64,000 nt of DNA from a bacterium (GTDB lineage: Bacteria > UBA8248 > JACPRG01 > G963555815): assembly GCA_965218795.1 (NCBI GenBank), contig OZ244653.1:1984001-2048000 (forward strand). The letters run 5' to 3'. This document shows, one piece after another, positions 1-10,203 of the stretch. Made by a program: the position numbers and the translations under genes. Position 1 is the first letter of the stretch. Each line of letters opens with the position of its first letter. Under the pieces are notes generated by a model. It ran no database searches. It saw only the letters and a program-made list of their open reading frames with translations, and was not told the origin of the DNA.

Positions 1-174
1 CCAGGCTTCCGCCATGTAGTAGAGCCGCGAGAGCGTCTCCACCACACGGTTCGCCATGCTCGGAGTCTTGTGGAGGCGATAATGCAGGGCAGCCACCTGA
101 TCCCGCCCGATCTCGCCCAGACGCTTGGACCCGAACTCCGGCACGAGAACCTTACGACCGAGCGGTAAGCGCAT
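1..174 (-). pseudogene. Tyrosine integrase fragment (core-binding region), lacking the N-terminal arm domain; runs off the window edge
   Basis: Manual translation KVLVPEFGSKRLGEIGRDQVAALHYRLHKTPSMANRVVETLSRLYYMAEAW aligns with HILPVLGGMSISEVGRGEIAALHHRLHDTPAMANGTVNILSKMFSLAEAW in the 27342-28526 integrase. Confidence 0.85.
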
Positions 175-429
175 CTCGCCAACGATCCCCTGAAGTCGGC
201 CGCCAACCGCATCGCGGCCATGATCGCCCAACTCTCCGGAGGGGCGGTTTGAACCGCGCACACCAGAGTCGGACCGAGGACGAGTCTGGCAGCGGAGTGC
301 ATCGGATCCGCAAAGGGACGAGAGCCGGACGTCTGGTAGGCTGCGCGTTACGGAACGCATCGGTACTGAAGACGGGCACCGAGCGCGAGTGGTGGCCATT
401 GGAGGCCCACCGCGCGCTGGCTGAGGACC

Positions 430-1299
430 TCAGGTGCCGTAGAAGAGGTCACCGTACTTCTCGAACAATCGTCCGTTGACCTTGTCGATAAAGTTCAGGA
501 CATCGTCGATGTACGAGTCGTCCAATCTGACTCTTCTCGTCCACCCCCGAAAGGGCAGTGTGGCGAACGGGACGATCAGCGAAACGTGGCCGACGCTGAC
601 GCGAAGCGGCTCGTATAGCGGCGAGAACCCACGGGCGACGTTCCCCTGCAAGGAGAAGCCGAGGACCTCCTGCCACGAACCGTGAACGGATTCCGAAAAG
701 GTGCCGTATGCCACGGCATACAGGTCTTCGGGCACCACTTCCTTGAAGATCTCGTAGAACGTCTTGCCCCGAACACGCCAATCGTTTCTGACCTGTGCTT
801 CGAAGCTGTGTTCGTCCAACTCCTCCCGGGCGAGCTTCTCCTTGATCGAGCGAACGAGCCGTCTCCCGGCCTTGCTGCGATAATACTCGGACCCGGATGC
901 CGCATCTTCGAGCATCCTGACCCTGTTTCTGAAAGAACACCGGCGATAGTCTTCTATCGTCGATTTGTCCGAACGGAGCAGATAGGTCGCGGTAACGGCC
1001 ACCTCGATGAGCGACCGTTCGGCGATGGCTGCGAACTCCGCGCTGTCCTCCTTGCAGATCCAGACGATGAGCTTCAGCAGCTTCCACGTGCGGATGAGCA
1101 GACCGAGTATCGGGGCATCGTTGATCGAGAAACCCGTCGGGTTCCTTTCGACGTTCTTCAAGCGGGAGAGGATGTCGAGAATCTCCGCGATGTCCTCGTA
1201 GAAGGCCAACGCCAGCCGGTCCGCCTCAGGCGTGGACGCAAGGAGCCGCGCCAGGTAGTCGCGATCGTATTTGGCGAGAATTTCCTGGATCTCGTCCAT
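430..1299 (-). CDS. DUF5677-like helical protein (paralogue 1)
   Basis: 289-aa ORF with RBS (GGAGG); RSLIE..TATYL and YGTFSESVHGSW motifs; homologous to the neighbouring ORF. Confidence 0.65.
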   Translation of the reverse strand: MDEIQEILAKYDRDYLARLLASTPEADRLALAFYEDIAEILDILSRLKNVERNPTGFSINDAPILGLLIRTWKLLKLIVWICKEDSAEFAAIAERSLIEVAVTATYLLRSDKSTIEDYRRCSFRNRVRMLEDAASGSEYYRSKAGRRLVRSIKEKLAREELDEHSFEAQVRNDWRVRGKTFYEIFKEVVPEDLYAVAYGTFSESVHGSWQEVLGFSLQGNVARGFSPLYEPLRVSVGHVSLIVPFATLPFRGWTRRVRLDDSYIDDVLNFIDKVNGRLFEKYGDLFYGT

Positions 1300-1369
1300 G
1301 GTCGTGGGTTTGTCCGGCCTCCTTGGAAGAACGGCGTCGCCTAACTCGGATCGGGGAAGGGGAGGACCC

Positions 1370-2110
1370 TCAGCGATTCGGGCCGTCGTAGAGTTCGTCG
1401 AACTTGAAGTAGATCGCGCGGCAGTACTCTTGGATCTGATCGAGCGTCTGGCGCAAGGAGCCGTCCTGCAGCTGGACTCTCTCGATCCAAAGGACGTACG
1501 GCGGTGTCGCGTATCGGACCAAGGGCAGTATCGCCCGGGCGTCCACGCCGGGGAACAGAGCGAACGCGGAGAAGGTGCCGTCGTCGTTCCTGGACAGGCA
1601 CCAATCCATGGATTCGATCCACGAACCGTGTATGGATTCCGACAGAATGCCGTAGACGAATGGATACTCGGCTGGGCTCGCCACCTCGCCGAAGATTTTG
1701 TATAGGGACTTTCCCTGGAGGCGCCAACCGTTGCGCTTTTGTGAGGCGAAGCTGTCCTTGGACAGCCCCTCGAGAGAGAGGCCGTCGAGGGCGGATTGTA
1801 GAACGCGCTGACCTCCAGGTGTTCGAAAGAACTCGGATCCGCTATCGTGGTCGCGCAGTATCCTGAGCGTATCCTTGTACGAGCACCTTCGAAAGTCCTC
1901 TACGGCATCGTCTCCTTCGCGAAGGAGATAGGTGGCGACGATCGCCGACTCGATCAACGGGCGAGAGAACACGGTGACGTACTCGCCGTTACGGAGCTCG
2001 TAGAACCTAGCGACAAGTTGGAGCAGCTTCGCAACGCGCGTCAAGAGGCCGACGATGGGCGCTTCGGCAAGATCGTATCCGGAGGGGTTTCGACTTTCGT
2101 TGCGTTGCAG
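1370..2110 (-). pseudogene. DUF5677-like protein (paralogue 2), probably 5'-truncated
   Basis: RPLIESAIVATYLL and YGILSESIHGSW motifs; in-frame homology (RNPSGYDLAEAPIVGLL vs RNPTGFSINDAPILGLL) extends upstream of the TTG at 2044, but about 45 N-terminal residues and a start codon are missing. Confidence 0.6.
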
Positions 2111-2162
2111 CGTTGAGAAAAGAGATTCAAGGCCGCTCCGGTACGGGCAGCCCTTCGATGAA

Positions 2163-2190
2163 CAGTCAATGACTGAACAGTCATGGACTG
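2163..2190. repeat. Two tandem palindromes with a 15-bp period (CAGTCA-A-TGACTG, CAGTC-ATG-GACTG)
   Basis: Read directly from the sequence; function unknown. Confidence 0.55.
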
Positions 2191-2255
2191 AAACCGCTCG
2201 ACTAGGCGACGCGAAGCGCCGCGAAAACGGGGCGGCACGCTGCCGCCGGGCCTGG

Positions 2256-3299
2256 CTAACTCGCGTCCACGTCGACCCCCAGCTCTCTCATGAACCGGCG
2301 GTAGGCGACGGCCACGGCGTCGGGACCTTTGAGATGGAGCTCCTCGCTTAAATCAAGCGGCAACTCCCAGGGGCGCTGGTTGTTGACGATGGGCTCGTCC
2401 TGATCCGCGATTGAGTCCCTCGTCCTGATATGTTTCGGGATCCCGCCGCCGTATTCCCGGTCATCCATCCACATGTCGGATTGCTCCACCCAGACCGGGC
2501 CGTGCTTCACATCCGGCGCATCCATGTCGAAGTTTCGGGCAATCAAATCGTACCGGGTGCTCTCGTTGATTGTGTGCGGCGTGACCGTATAGAGGATTGC
2601 GTCCGTATTGCCGTTCTCCTCCACCTTCCACTGGTGGATGGTGAATGGACGGGTCACGCGGTAATTGCGCGTGTGGGGGACGGGATGCATCCCGTCGGGA
2701 TGCTGCTGAATCCCGAACCGCAGCGACTCGCCCTCCCGCCGGATCTCCACGTGCGGGACTTCGGGATGGTCCCGGTCGCCCAGGATGCCCGTGTGCACCC
2801 AGGCGAAGTGCCCGAAATCGACGAAATTCTCGATGGAGCGGGCGGCGCTGCACTTCCAGTACTTCCGCTGCCGGAAGAAGATCTTGAAGCCGGGGTCGTC
2901 GTACTGGGGGAACTCCGGAATGGGCGCGCGGGGCGTGTCCGACAGGCAGACCCATACCATCCCGTAGGCTTCCTGGGCCGGATAGGCCGTCAGGCAGGCT
3001 TTTTTCGGGATGGGGTGTTCGGGTGGGACGGAGGGGATGCGCGTACACTTGCCCGCCCCGTCGTACGACCAGCCGTGGTAGGCGCAGACAATCCGTTCGC
3101 CCTCGACCCACCCCAGCGAGATGGGCGTGCCGCGATGGATGCAGAGGTCGCGGAACGCCCGATATTGGCCGTTGATGCGGCAGACCGCAATGCGCTCATC
3201 CAGCAGCTTGACGGCCAGGGGTTTTTCGGCCGCTTCCTCGGACCAGCAGACCGGGTGCCAGTACTCGCGCAGGGCCGGCCACAGTTGGGTCTCATCCAT
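2256..3299 (-). CDS. Rieske non-heme iron oxygenase, VanA-like (O/N-demethylase type) alpha subunit
   Basis: Rieske motifs CIHRG and CAYHGW; mononuclear iron motif ENFVDFGHFAWVH; QDEPIV; RBS AGGAGA. Confidence 0.92.
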   Translation of the reverse strand: MDETQLWPALREYWHPVCWSEEAAEKPLAVKLLDERIAVCRINGQYRAFRDLCIHRGTPISLGWVEGERIVCAYHGWSYDGAGKCTRIPSVPPEHPIPKKACLTAYPAQEAYGMVWVCLSDTPRAPIPEFPQYDDPGFKIFFRQRKYWKCSAARSIENFVDFGHFAWVHTGILGDRDHPEVPHVEIRREGESLRFGIQQHPDGMHPVPHTRNYRVTRPFTIHQWKVEENGNTDAILYTVTPHTINESTRYDLIARNFDMDAPDVKHGPVWVEQSDMWMDDREYGGGIPKHIRTRDSIADQDEPIVNNQRPWELPLDLSEELHLKGPDAVAVAYRRFMRELGVDVDAS

Positions 3300-3776
3300 C
3301 GGGATTTCTCCTGAATGAGTCGGGGTCGGGTGATCCGGGTCAGATCTTGACTTCGCACTCTGGGATTTTCTCGGGTCTCGTCGTACAGAGTGTACATTAG
3401 CGTCACTCGGTTGTGTTGCGTATCAGAAACACGTTAAATCGGGAATTTCCCCTTTCAGATCTTGCCGGAGGAATGCCCCGCCTGCATGATTTTGTGACCA
3501 ATTACAACCCCATCTACCTGAGCCGTCAACAGCATATCGAACCCCTCAAGCTGATGTTCGGCCTGCATTCGCCTTGGAAAAACACGCTATCCTCCCTTAC
3601 TCTGAGCCTTCCTAGCTGGTCAACGAGTGAAGAAAAAATTCCCCCCTTTCCTTCCGCCGAACTAGGCCGGCAGCGGTTAGACACGCACCGGCCGTAATCG
3701 GTTGATTCGGTCAAGGATCATCTCCCTTCAAGGGTATTGCCCTCATCTGATGAGGTGGCTGGCACGGCAGCCGCTC

Positions 3777-5115
3777 TCAAAAAGAAACGCCCTGGAGCTC
3801 CTTGGCACGCCTGCGGTGCTCAGGAAGAACCTGGGAGAGGTCACACATGAGCAACCGCCCCTCCTCGACCACCACGCGGCCGTTGACCAGGAGGGTCTTC
3901 ACGTTCGTCGGGGCACAGAACACCAGGGCGGCCAGGGGGTCCCCGACACCGGAGTATCCCAGCTCCTCCAGGGAGAAGATGGCTAGATCAGCGCACATGG
4001 CCGGTTTGAGCGCGCCCACGTCGTCCCGGCCAAGACAGCGCGCCCCCTCCGTCGTCGCCAGCCGCAGCGCCTCCTTTGCCGTTATGGCGTCGGCCCCTCG
4101 GACCACCCGTTGCAGCAAGAGGGCCTGGCGAATCTCGGCCAACATGTGGGAAGATTCGTTCGAGGCGCTTCCGTCCAGCCCGAGGCCCACGGGCGAGCCC
4201 GCGGCTCGCAGGTCCCCCACTCGGGCCACTCATCCCCCAGGCGCATGTTGGAGGAGGGACAGTGCGCCACGCCGACCCCTGCCCGCCCCAGGCGCTCTAC
4301 CTCGCTGTCGTTGAAATGAACACCGTGGGCCAGCCAGACGTCGTCCCCCATCCAGCCGCACTCTTCCAGCAGGTCCACTGGCCGCATGCCGAAGTTCTCC
4401 AGGCAATAGCGCTCCTCGCCCACTGTCTCGCAGAGATGAGTGTGAAGGCGGACGCCATGCTTGCGCGCCAGGGTGGCCGACTCCCGCATCAGGTCCTGGC
4501 TCACTGAAGTGGGCGCGCAAGGAGAGAGCGCAACACGTGTCATGGCCCCCCCCGCGACGGGTCGTGATACTTGGCGATGACGGCCTCGCAGTCCGCCAGG
4601 ACCTCGTCCTCACAGTTCTCGTCCGGGGGCAGGCCGCCTTTCGACCGCCCGACGCTCATCCACCCGCGCGTCACGTGGAAGCGCGCGCCCAACTCCTTGG
4701 CAGCCTCCACCTGGACGTCAAAGTGGCCCTTCCCGCCCCGGGGGACGAAACAGTGATGGTCGCACGCTGTCGTGCAGCCCGAGAGCAGGAGCTCGGCCAG
4801 GGCCACCGTCGTTCCCAGGCGGACAACCTCGGGGTCGATTTTCGCCCACACAGGATAGAGGGCCTCGAGCCACGGGAAGAGCCCGGCGTCGAGGGCGGGG
4901 GGATAGCACCGGTTGAGGGTCTGGACAAAGTGGTGGTGGGTGTTGACCAGCCCGGGAAGGACGACGCAGTCCTGAGCGTTGATCGTCCGGTCATACTCTC
5001 CCGGCGGGGGCGGTCCCTCCCCCACCGAGGCGGTCCTTCCTTCCTCCAGGACTAGCGTAGCCGCCTGGGAACCATCCCTTTTCTCGGTCCAGATCGACGA
5101 CTGCCGTCTGTTCCC
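3777..5115 (-). pseudogene. 8-oxoguanine deaminase/AtzB-like amidohydrolase, frameshifted
   Basis: PGLVNTHHH, HTHLCET, WLAHGVH, HCPSSNMRLG and GLGLDGSASN are spread over three ORFs; frameshifts near 4235, 4547 (G run) and 5055. Confidence 0.88.
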
Positions 5116-5308
5116 GAAGGGCGTGCAACTCCGCTTCGGGCTTGTCAGGGGTATGGTCGGTGGGGACTCCCGTGGTGTCCCGGATAGCGTTAGTTCGTCG
5201 TAAGGAACATCCTTGAAGATACCAAGAGAGCCGCAGCCAAGACTAATTGGTCGTTTAGCCTCAATCATGCTGGTGGCGGTGAATCCGCCCACAGGGGCAC
5301 CCATGCGT

Positions 5309-6162
5309 TGACCTGGCCCCTTCAAGCGGGTCCAGTTTATAAGAGAGTATTCCTGGATTGTAGAAGGAGGGGAAGGATGGCAAGGAAGCGTTTTACAGCG
5401 GAACAGATCGTCATCAAGCTGCGCGAGGCGGAGGTGGCCCAGGCCCAGGGGAAGACGGTGGTCCAGGTGTGCAAGCAGATCGGGGTGACCGAGCAGACCT
5501 ACTACCGGTGGAGGAAGTCGTACGGAGGTCTGAGGATGGATCAGGCGAAGCGTCTCAAGTCGCTGGAGAAGGAAAACGCCCGTCTGAAGAAGCTGGTGGC
5601 GGATCTGTCTCTGGACAATCAGATTTTAAAGGAAGTCTCCTCGGGAAACTTCTAGGCCCGGCGAAAAGGAGACGAGCCGTGGTATGGGTGCGAGAGCGAT
5701 TCGGCCCTGAGCGAGTCTCCGAGCGTCGGGCCTGCCGCGTGCTGGGACAGGCCAGAACCACCCAGCGAAGAGTCCGACAGATCCCCAACGAAGAGGCACA
5801 ACTGGTGATCCGGATGGTGGAGTTGGCCAGCGCGTACGGCCGATACGGGTACCGGAGGATCACGGCCATGCTTCGTTGGGAGGGGTGGAAGGTGAACCAC
5901 AAGCGAGTGGAAAGACTCTGGCGACAGGAGGGGCTGAAGGTCCCGTCCAGACAGCCGAAACGAAGGAGACTGTGGCTCCATGACGGCTCCTGCGTGCGCC
6001 TGAGACCGACTCATCGGAACCATGTCTGGAGCTATGACTTCATGCATGAGCGCACCCAAGAGGGGAGGGCTTTCCGGCTGCTGACCATTTTGGATGAGCA
6101 CAGCCGGGAATGTTTGTCCATTGATGCCCCAAGGCAGATGAATCACCAGGATGTGCTGGAAA
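5309..6162 (+). mobile_element. IS3-family element, 3'-truncated (orfA 5377-5655; orfB ends at DVLER)
   Basis: Left IR TGACCTGGCCCCTTCAAGCGGGTCCA; close relative of the complete copy at 23297-24566; GGGAAAC slippery site. Confidence 0.93.
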
Positions 6163-6279
6163 GGACCCGACGAAATCTCCAGGTTGATGGAGAATCTAGG
6201 TAAGACTAGCCGGGCGTGTTAACGAAAAAGCGAATGAACGCTTTCGTCGCTTCTCTTCTTCGAATACCATCGTCGGGCT

Positions 6280-6936
6280 TCAACCTTTTCCGTCATTGCC
6301 CAGGACGTCACAAGACGCCAATAACTGTTTTGCAATAGCTTCCGCCGGCACTCGGACCCATTCCCGGTGTACAAACGTGAATGCGAGCATATGTACGAGA
6401 GTGAACAAGCAGCCGGCCCATGTGGGCTTATCGATAGCCTGGAGCATGATGTAGCGTCGCCCTTCCATGAGACGGCTATGGCAGCCACTATGGCTGCAAT
6501 GACCAAACCGTCGACAAGAAGTGCAAGCGGTTTGAGCGCCCATATATTTCGCCGAAAGCCGTAGTTGACGTTCTCCTCGAAGATGAGCCGGAACCTCTCG
6601 CGATCCGTCACTTGAGCTAGCAGCCAAGCCGTGGCACTCTCGTATCCTTCGTCGGCCTTTGTTGGAGACCTCTTTTCGTCTTGCGGCGTCGCCAGCTTCA
6701 GTTGGGGAACGTTGCGCTCCAAAAATGCCCGATACCGATCCTTTGCCGCCGTCGGGATGCGCGCATCACGATGTCGTAGCATCACTACGGACGGCTTCCC
6801 GCCCCACGCTTGAAACAGGTTCGGTTCAAGTGCTTTCCCTCGATCCCGCCCAAACTGCGTCAACCACGTTGCGCCACCGCAATAAACCACCAATCCGATG
6901 ACGGCCGCCCACGTTGACTGAAATTCTGGAACATAT
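6280..6936 (-). pseudogene. Conserved membrane protein (GRDRGK..WGGKP..LRHRD..EENVNYGFRRN family), 5'-truncated and frameshifted
   Basis: N-terminus is cut by an IS-like end at about 6935-6957; the C-terminal part (WVRVPAEAIAKQLLASCD) lies in another frame; lower GC than the flanks. Confidence 0.6.
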
Positions 6937-6957
6937 ACTTCCCCGGGTTTCTAGACA
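6935..6957. mobile_element. Isolated IS3-type terminal repeat remnant
   Basis: CCCCGGGTTTCTAGACA resembles IS3-family ends and sits at a gene truncation point. Confidence 0.4.
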
Positions 6958-7050
6958 ATCGTGCAATGTAGGTCTTAACACATGCCGTTGATAGGTCCCG
7001 TAGAGAGGGGTATAATTGGATCAAACAGCTGGACACGCAGGAGAGGAGAC

Positions 7051-7260
7051 ATGGCCCAGGGCTTCAAGTTCCGCGTGGTGCGGGTTCACACCCTCGCCTT
7101 TCCGCCGGACATCAGCAAGAAGCTCGATTCCCTCGTCGCCAAGGACCCAAGGACCGCTACGGAGATCGTCACGACGGCCGTCCGCCGGTACCTGGAAGAA
7201 CAAGTGCCAATGGATTCGGTAGAGCCAGAGAGCCCGGAGGAGGAAACGTTCTCCTTCTGA
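7051..7260 (+). CDS. Small ribbon-helix-helix (CopG-like) protein
   Basis: RBS GAGGAG; HTLAFPPDISKKLDSLV..RTATEIVTTAVRRYL pattern; TATAAT upstream at about 7010. Confidence 0.65.
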   Translation: MAQGFKFRVVRVHTLAFPPDISKKLDSLVAKDPRTATEIVTTAVRRYLEEQVPMDSVEPESPEEETFSF

Positions 7261-7297
7261 ACTGAAGGGCGCTCACTACTAATTGGAGGGTAAGGAC

Positions 7298-8323
7298 ATG
7301 CAGTCTCGAATCGGGTTCCGTTCTTTTGGGAAGATTCTGCTCGTGGGTTTGGCTGTGACTCTTCTCGCTCCCATGCCGGTCGTCGCAGCGGACAAGGTCA
7401 AGATGATGACCGGGTGGGTGCCGTATGCGCGCGACCTCGCGTTCTTCGCCGCCAAGGGACAGGGGATCTATAAGGCGGCCGGCCTTGAGGTCAAGATCGT
7501 CGGAGGGAAAGGTTCGGCGGATTCCGTCCGAAATCTGGTGGCCAAGACCATCCAGTTTGGATTCCCCGACCCCCCCCTCATCATCAAGAACCGCGTGGAG
7601 GGCGGCAACCTCAAGCTGGTGGCGATGTACCAGGACGTCACGTACGAGGCCATTCTCGCCCTGAAAAGCTCGGGGATCCGGTCCCTCCAGGATCTCGAAG
7701 GCAGGAAGCTCGGGTTGGCGAAGCAATCTGCGGCGGGACAACTCTTCCCGGCCTTCGCCCGGATGAACAAATTGAACGTGGGGAAGATCCGCGAAGTCAA
7801 CATGACCCCGGGGGCCCTGATTCCCAGTCTCATCAGCGGCAAGGTCGACGCGGCGGGTCTCTATACCAACAACGTCCCCATCATCCTGGGGGCCCTGAAG
7901 AAGCAGGGAAAGACCGATCAGGTCGTCAAGATCACCTTTGCCAGCCAAGGGCTGGACATTTATTCCAACGGGATCGGAACCACGGATGAGCTGATCGCGA
8001 ACAATCCCGACCTCGTCCGGCGCTTCACCACGGCTTCCATGCAGGGAGCCAAATGGGCCATCGAAAACCGGGAAGACGCGATCAAGGGCCTCCTGAAGTT
8101 TCTGCCCAACGTGAGCCCCTCCCTCTCGAAGGTTATGTGGGACCTGACCATTCAGCACATGGTGACCGACAACGCCAAGAAGAACGGCATCGGCCACATC
8201 GACCCGAAAAAAATGGAGTTCACACGAAAGGTGACCATGGACCTGTTCGGCATCAAAAAGGTCGTACCGCTGGGGGACATCTATACGCTCAAGTTCTTGC
8301 CGAAGATTCTGGTGAAGCTCTAA
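7298..8323 (+). CDS. ABC transporter substrate-binding protein, NMT1/THI5 family
   Basis: Signal peptide; FFAAKGQGIYKAAGLEV, GKGSADSV and SLQDLEGRKLG motifs. Confidence 0.9.
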   Translation: MQSRIGFRSFGKILLVGLAVTLLAPMPVVAADKVKMMTGWVPYARDLAFFAAKGQGIYKAAGLEVKIVGGKGSADSVRNLVAKTIQFGFPDPPLIIKNRVEGGNLKLVAMYQDVTYEAILALKSSGIRSLQDLEGRKLGLAKQSAAGQLFPAFARMNKLNVGKIREVNMTPGALIPSLISGKVDAAGLYTNNVPIILGALKKQGKTDQVVKITFASQGLDIYSNGIGTTDELIANNPDLVRRFTTASMQGAKWAIENREDAIKGLLKFLPNVSPSLSKVMWDLTIQHMVTDNAKKNGIGHIDPKKMEFTRKVTMDLFGIKKVVPLGDIYTLKFLPKILVKL

Positions 8324-8526
8324 CCCGTTCGCGAAACATCCCCGAGCGGGTCCGCAGGGCGGCGTGTTGCAGGGACAGGGCGGCCCCTTGTTCGACGGGA
8401 CCCCTCCAAGAGGGGGGCAGGCCGATGCCGCCTGGTGTCATCATCCCATGGGGTGGTGGACCCTGCAGACCGAGCGTTCCGGTAAGCCCTTCAGGAATGC
8501 ATTCAGAATCAAGGAGCGCCCAAGCA

Positions 8527-9180
8527 ATGGATAGCAAGGCCTTTGCAAAGCACATCCTGGCGAAATTAGACAAGAACGCCGAGAAGCTGAGGCGGGACGT
8601 GTTTGCGAAGACCACTCGCCTATCGAACAAAGAGATGATCGCCTTCTTTCAATCCAGGTCGTGGGCGGAGTACGTTCTCGGCATCTACGTTCCCGCGAAG
8701 CTGATCACCATGCTTCCGGAACGGGACATGGACATCAAGATGGACCTCACCCAGCAGATGATAGACGAATTCCACCACTACCAAGTGTTCCGGAAACTCG
8801 TGGAGGAACGGGGAGGGACGAGCGACATCCTTCAGTATAAGCCCGGACCGATTCACCTGGGCATCCTGGAAAGGTCCATCAACCATGACAACCCCGCCTA
8901 CATCGCCGCCTCAAACAACCTGGTGGGCGAGTACATGTTGACCAGCTTTCTGGAGCACATGAATACCTTGCTCGATCCGAACATTGCCAAGGTGATCGAA
9001 GAGGAAGTCATTCTGCACGAGGGCAACCACGTCCGAAACGGACACCGGATCCTGGAGCGGTACGCCACCACCGAGAAGATTCAGCAAACGGTGGAAGAGA
9101 TCGTCGACGATCGCTTCGGTCACCTCTACACCCACTACCGGCACCCCTACTTTGAGTTCATCGCGCCCGAATATGTCTGA
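8527..9180 (+). CDS. Ferritin-like diiron-carboxylate protein
   Basis: Four-helix-bundle ligand pattern WAEY..DEFHH..VGEY..HEGNH. Confidence 0.75.
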   Translation: MDSKAFAKHILAKLDKNAEKLRRDVFAKTTRLSNKEMIAFFQSRSWAEYVLGIYVPAKLITMLPERDMDIKMDLTQQMIDEFHHYQVFRKLVEERGGTSDILQYKPGPIHLGILERSINHDNPAYIAASNNLVGEYMLTSFLEHMNTLLDPNIAKVIEEEVILHEGNHVRNGHRILERYATTEKIQQTVEEIVDDRFGHLYTHYRHPYFEFIAPEYV

Positions 9181-9324
9181 GGTGTCGATCGGTCGAACCC
9201 GGCTGGCTTCCCCGGGATTCGGATTGATGGTGGCAGGAATTCCATCGGGACCGGAACCCCGACCGTCCCTTGGTATCGGGATGAGGAGAGCGTTCCGCAC
9301 GACCACCTGACGGGAGACGAGTGC

Positions 9325-10191
9325 ATGAGGGTCCGCATCGCGGCGGTTCAGCCCCGCAGCCATCCAGGGGATGACGAAGAGAAAAACGTGGAGGTTGCCC
9401 TCTCTGCAATCCGCGCGGCTGCGGACCGGGGCGCCCAGATTGTCTGCCTGCCCGAGGGATACCCGGGCCCCTGGCTGGGGAGGCAAACCTTCCCGTCTCT
9501 GGAGCCGCTTGGAGACGAGGCGAAACGGAGCGGCATGTACGTCGTCGCCGGTCTGGCCGAGGAGGCGGAACGGCCCAATCACTTTTTCACGACAGAGGTC
9601 CTGATCGGACCCAACGGGGAAGAGGTCGGCCGCTATCGCCGCGTTCAGGCGGCGCCCCAAGCGGTCTATGACGGCCTCACGCCGGGGAAGGTCATGGGGT
9701 TCGGCCGAATCGGGGGAGATGATCTTCCGGTCTTCGAAACCGAACTCGGCAACATCGGGATTCTCGCCTGCTCGGAGCTCTACTGCCCCGAACTCTGCCG
9801 GATCCTGGCCCTGAGGGGGGCGGACATCGTGTTTTTTCCGGTCGGGGGCGTCCTCTGCGAGCTATTTGAGACGTGGAAGACTCTCCTCTGGGCGAGGGCC
9901 ATCGAAAACCTCGTGTACACGGTGAGCTGCCAGCACATCTTCGGGAAGGAACGCGGCATCGCCCGGATCACCTCGCCGGAGGAAGTCCTCGGAGCCCTCG
10001 AAGAGGAAGGCATCCTGGTTTGCGAGGTGGACCTCAGCCGGTTGGCTTGGCTGCGCGAACACGACGAGGGCCTCGTCCTGCCCAAACCCTACAAGAGCCT
10101 CCCCGGACTGTTGCGGTGGAGGCGGCCCGAGCTTTACGGCGAATTGGTCGAGGCGACTTCCGGTCAGCCCACGCCATCACTCAGCACCTAG
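9325..10191 (+). CDS. Carbon-nitrogen hydrolase (nitrilase superfamily)
   Basis: IAAVQ, CLPEG, ILACSELYCPE and ARAIEN motifs; the catalytic Lys position reads YRRV. Confidence 0.9.
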   Translation: MRVRIAAVQPRSHPGDDEEKNVEVALSAIRAAADRGAQIVCLPEGYPGPWLGRQTFPSLEPLGDEAKRSGMYVVAGLAEEAERPNHFFTTEVLIGPNGEEVGRYRRVQAAPQAVYDGLTPGKVMGFGRIGGDDLPVFETELGNIGILACSELYCPELCRILALRGADIVFFPVGGVLCELFETWKTLLWARAIENLVYTVSCQHIFGKERGIARITSPEEVLGALEEEGILVCEVDLSRLAWLREHDEGLVLPKPYKSLPGLLRWRRPELYGELVEATSGQPTPSLST

Positions 10192-10203
10192 AAGGGAAAA
10201 GCC

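Noticed and set aside
3413-3714. Short ORFs between the Rieske and deaminase genes
   Set aside because: No motif, RBS or homology that I can support.
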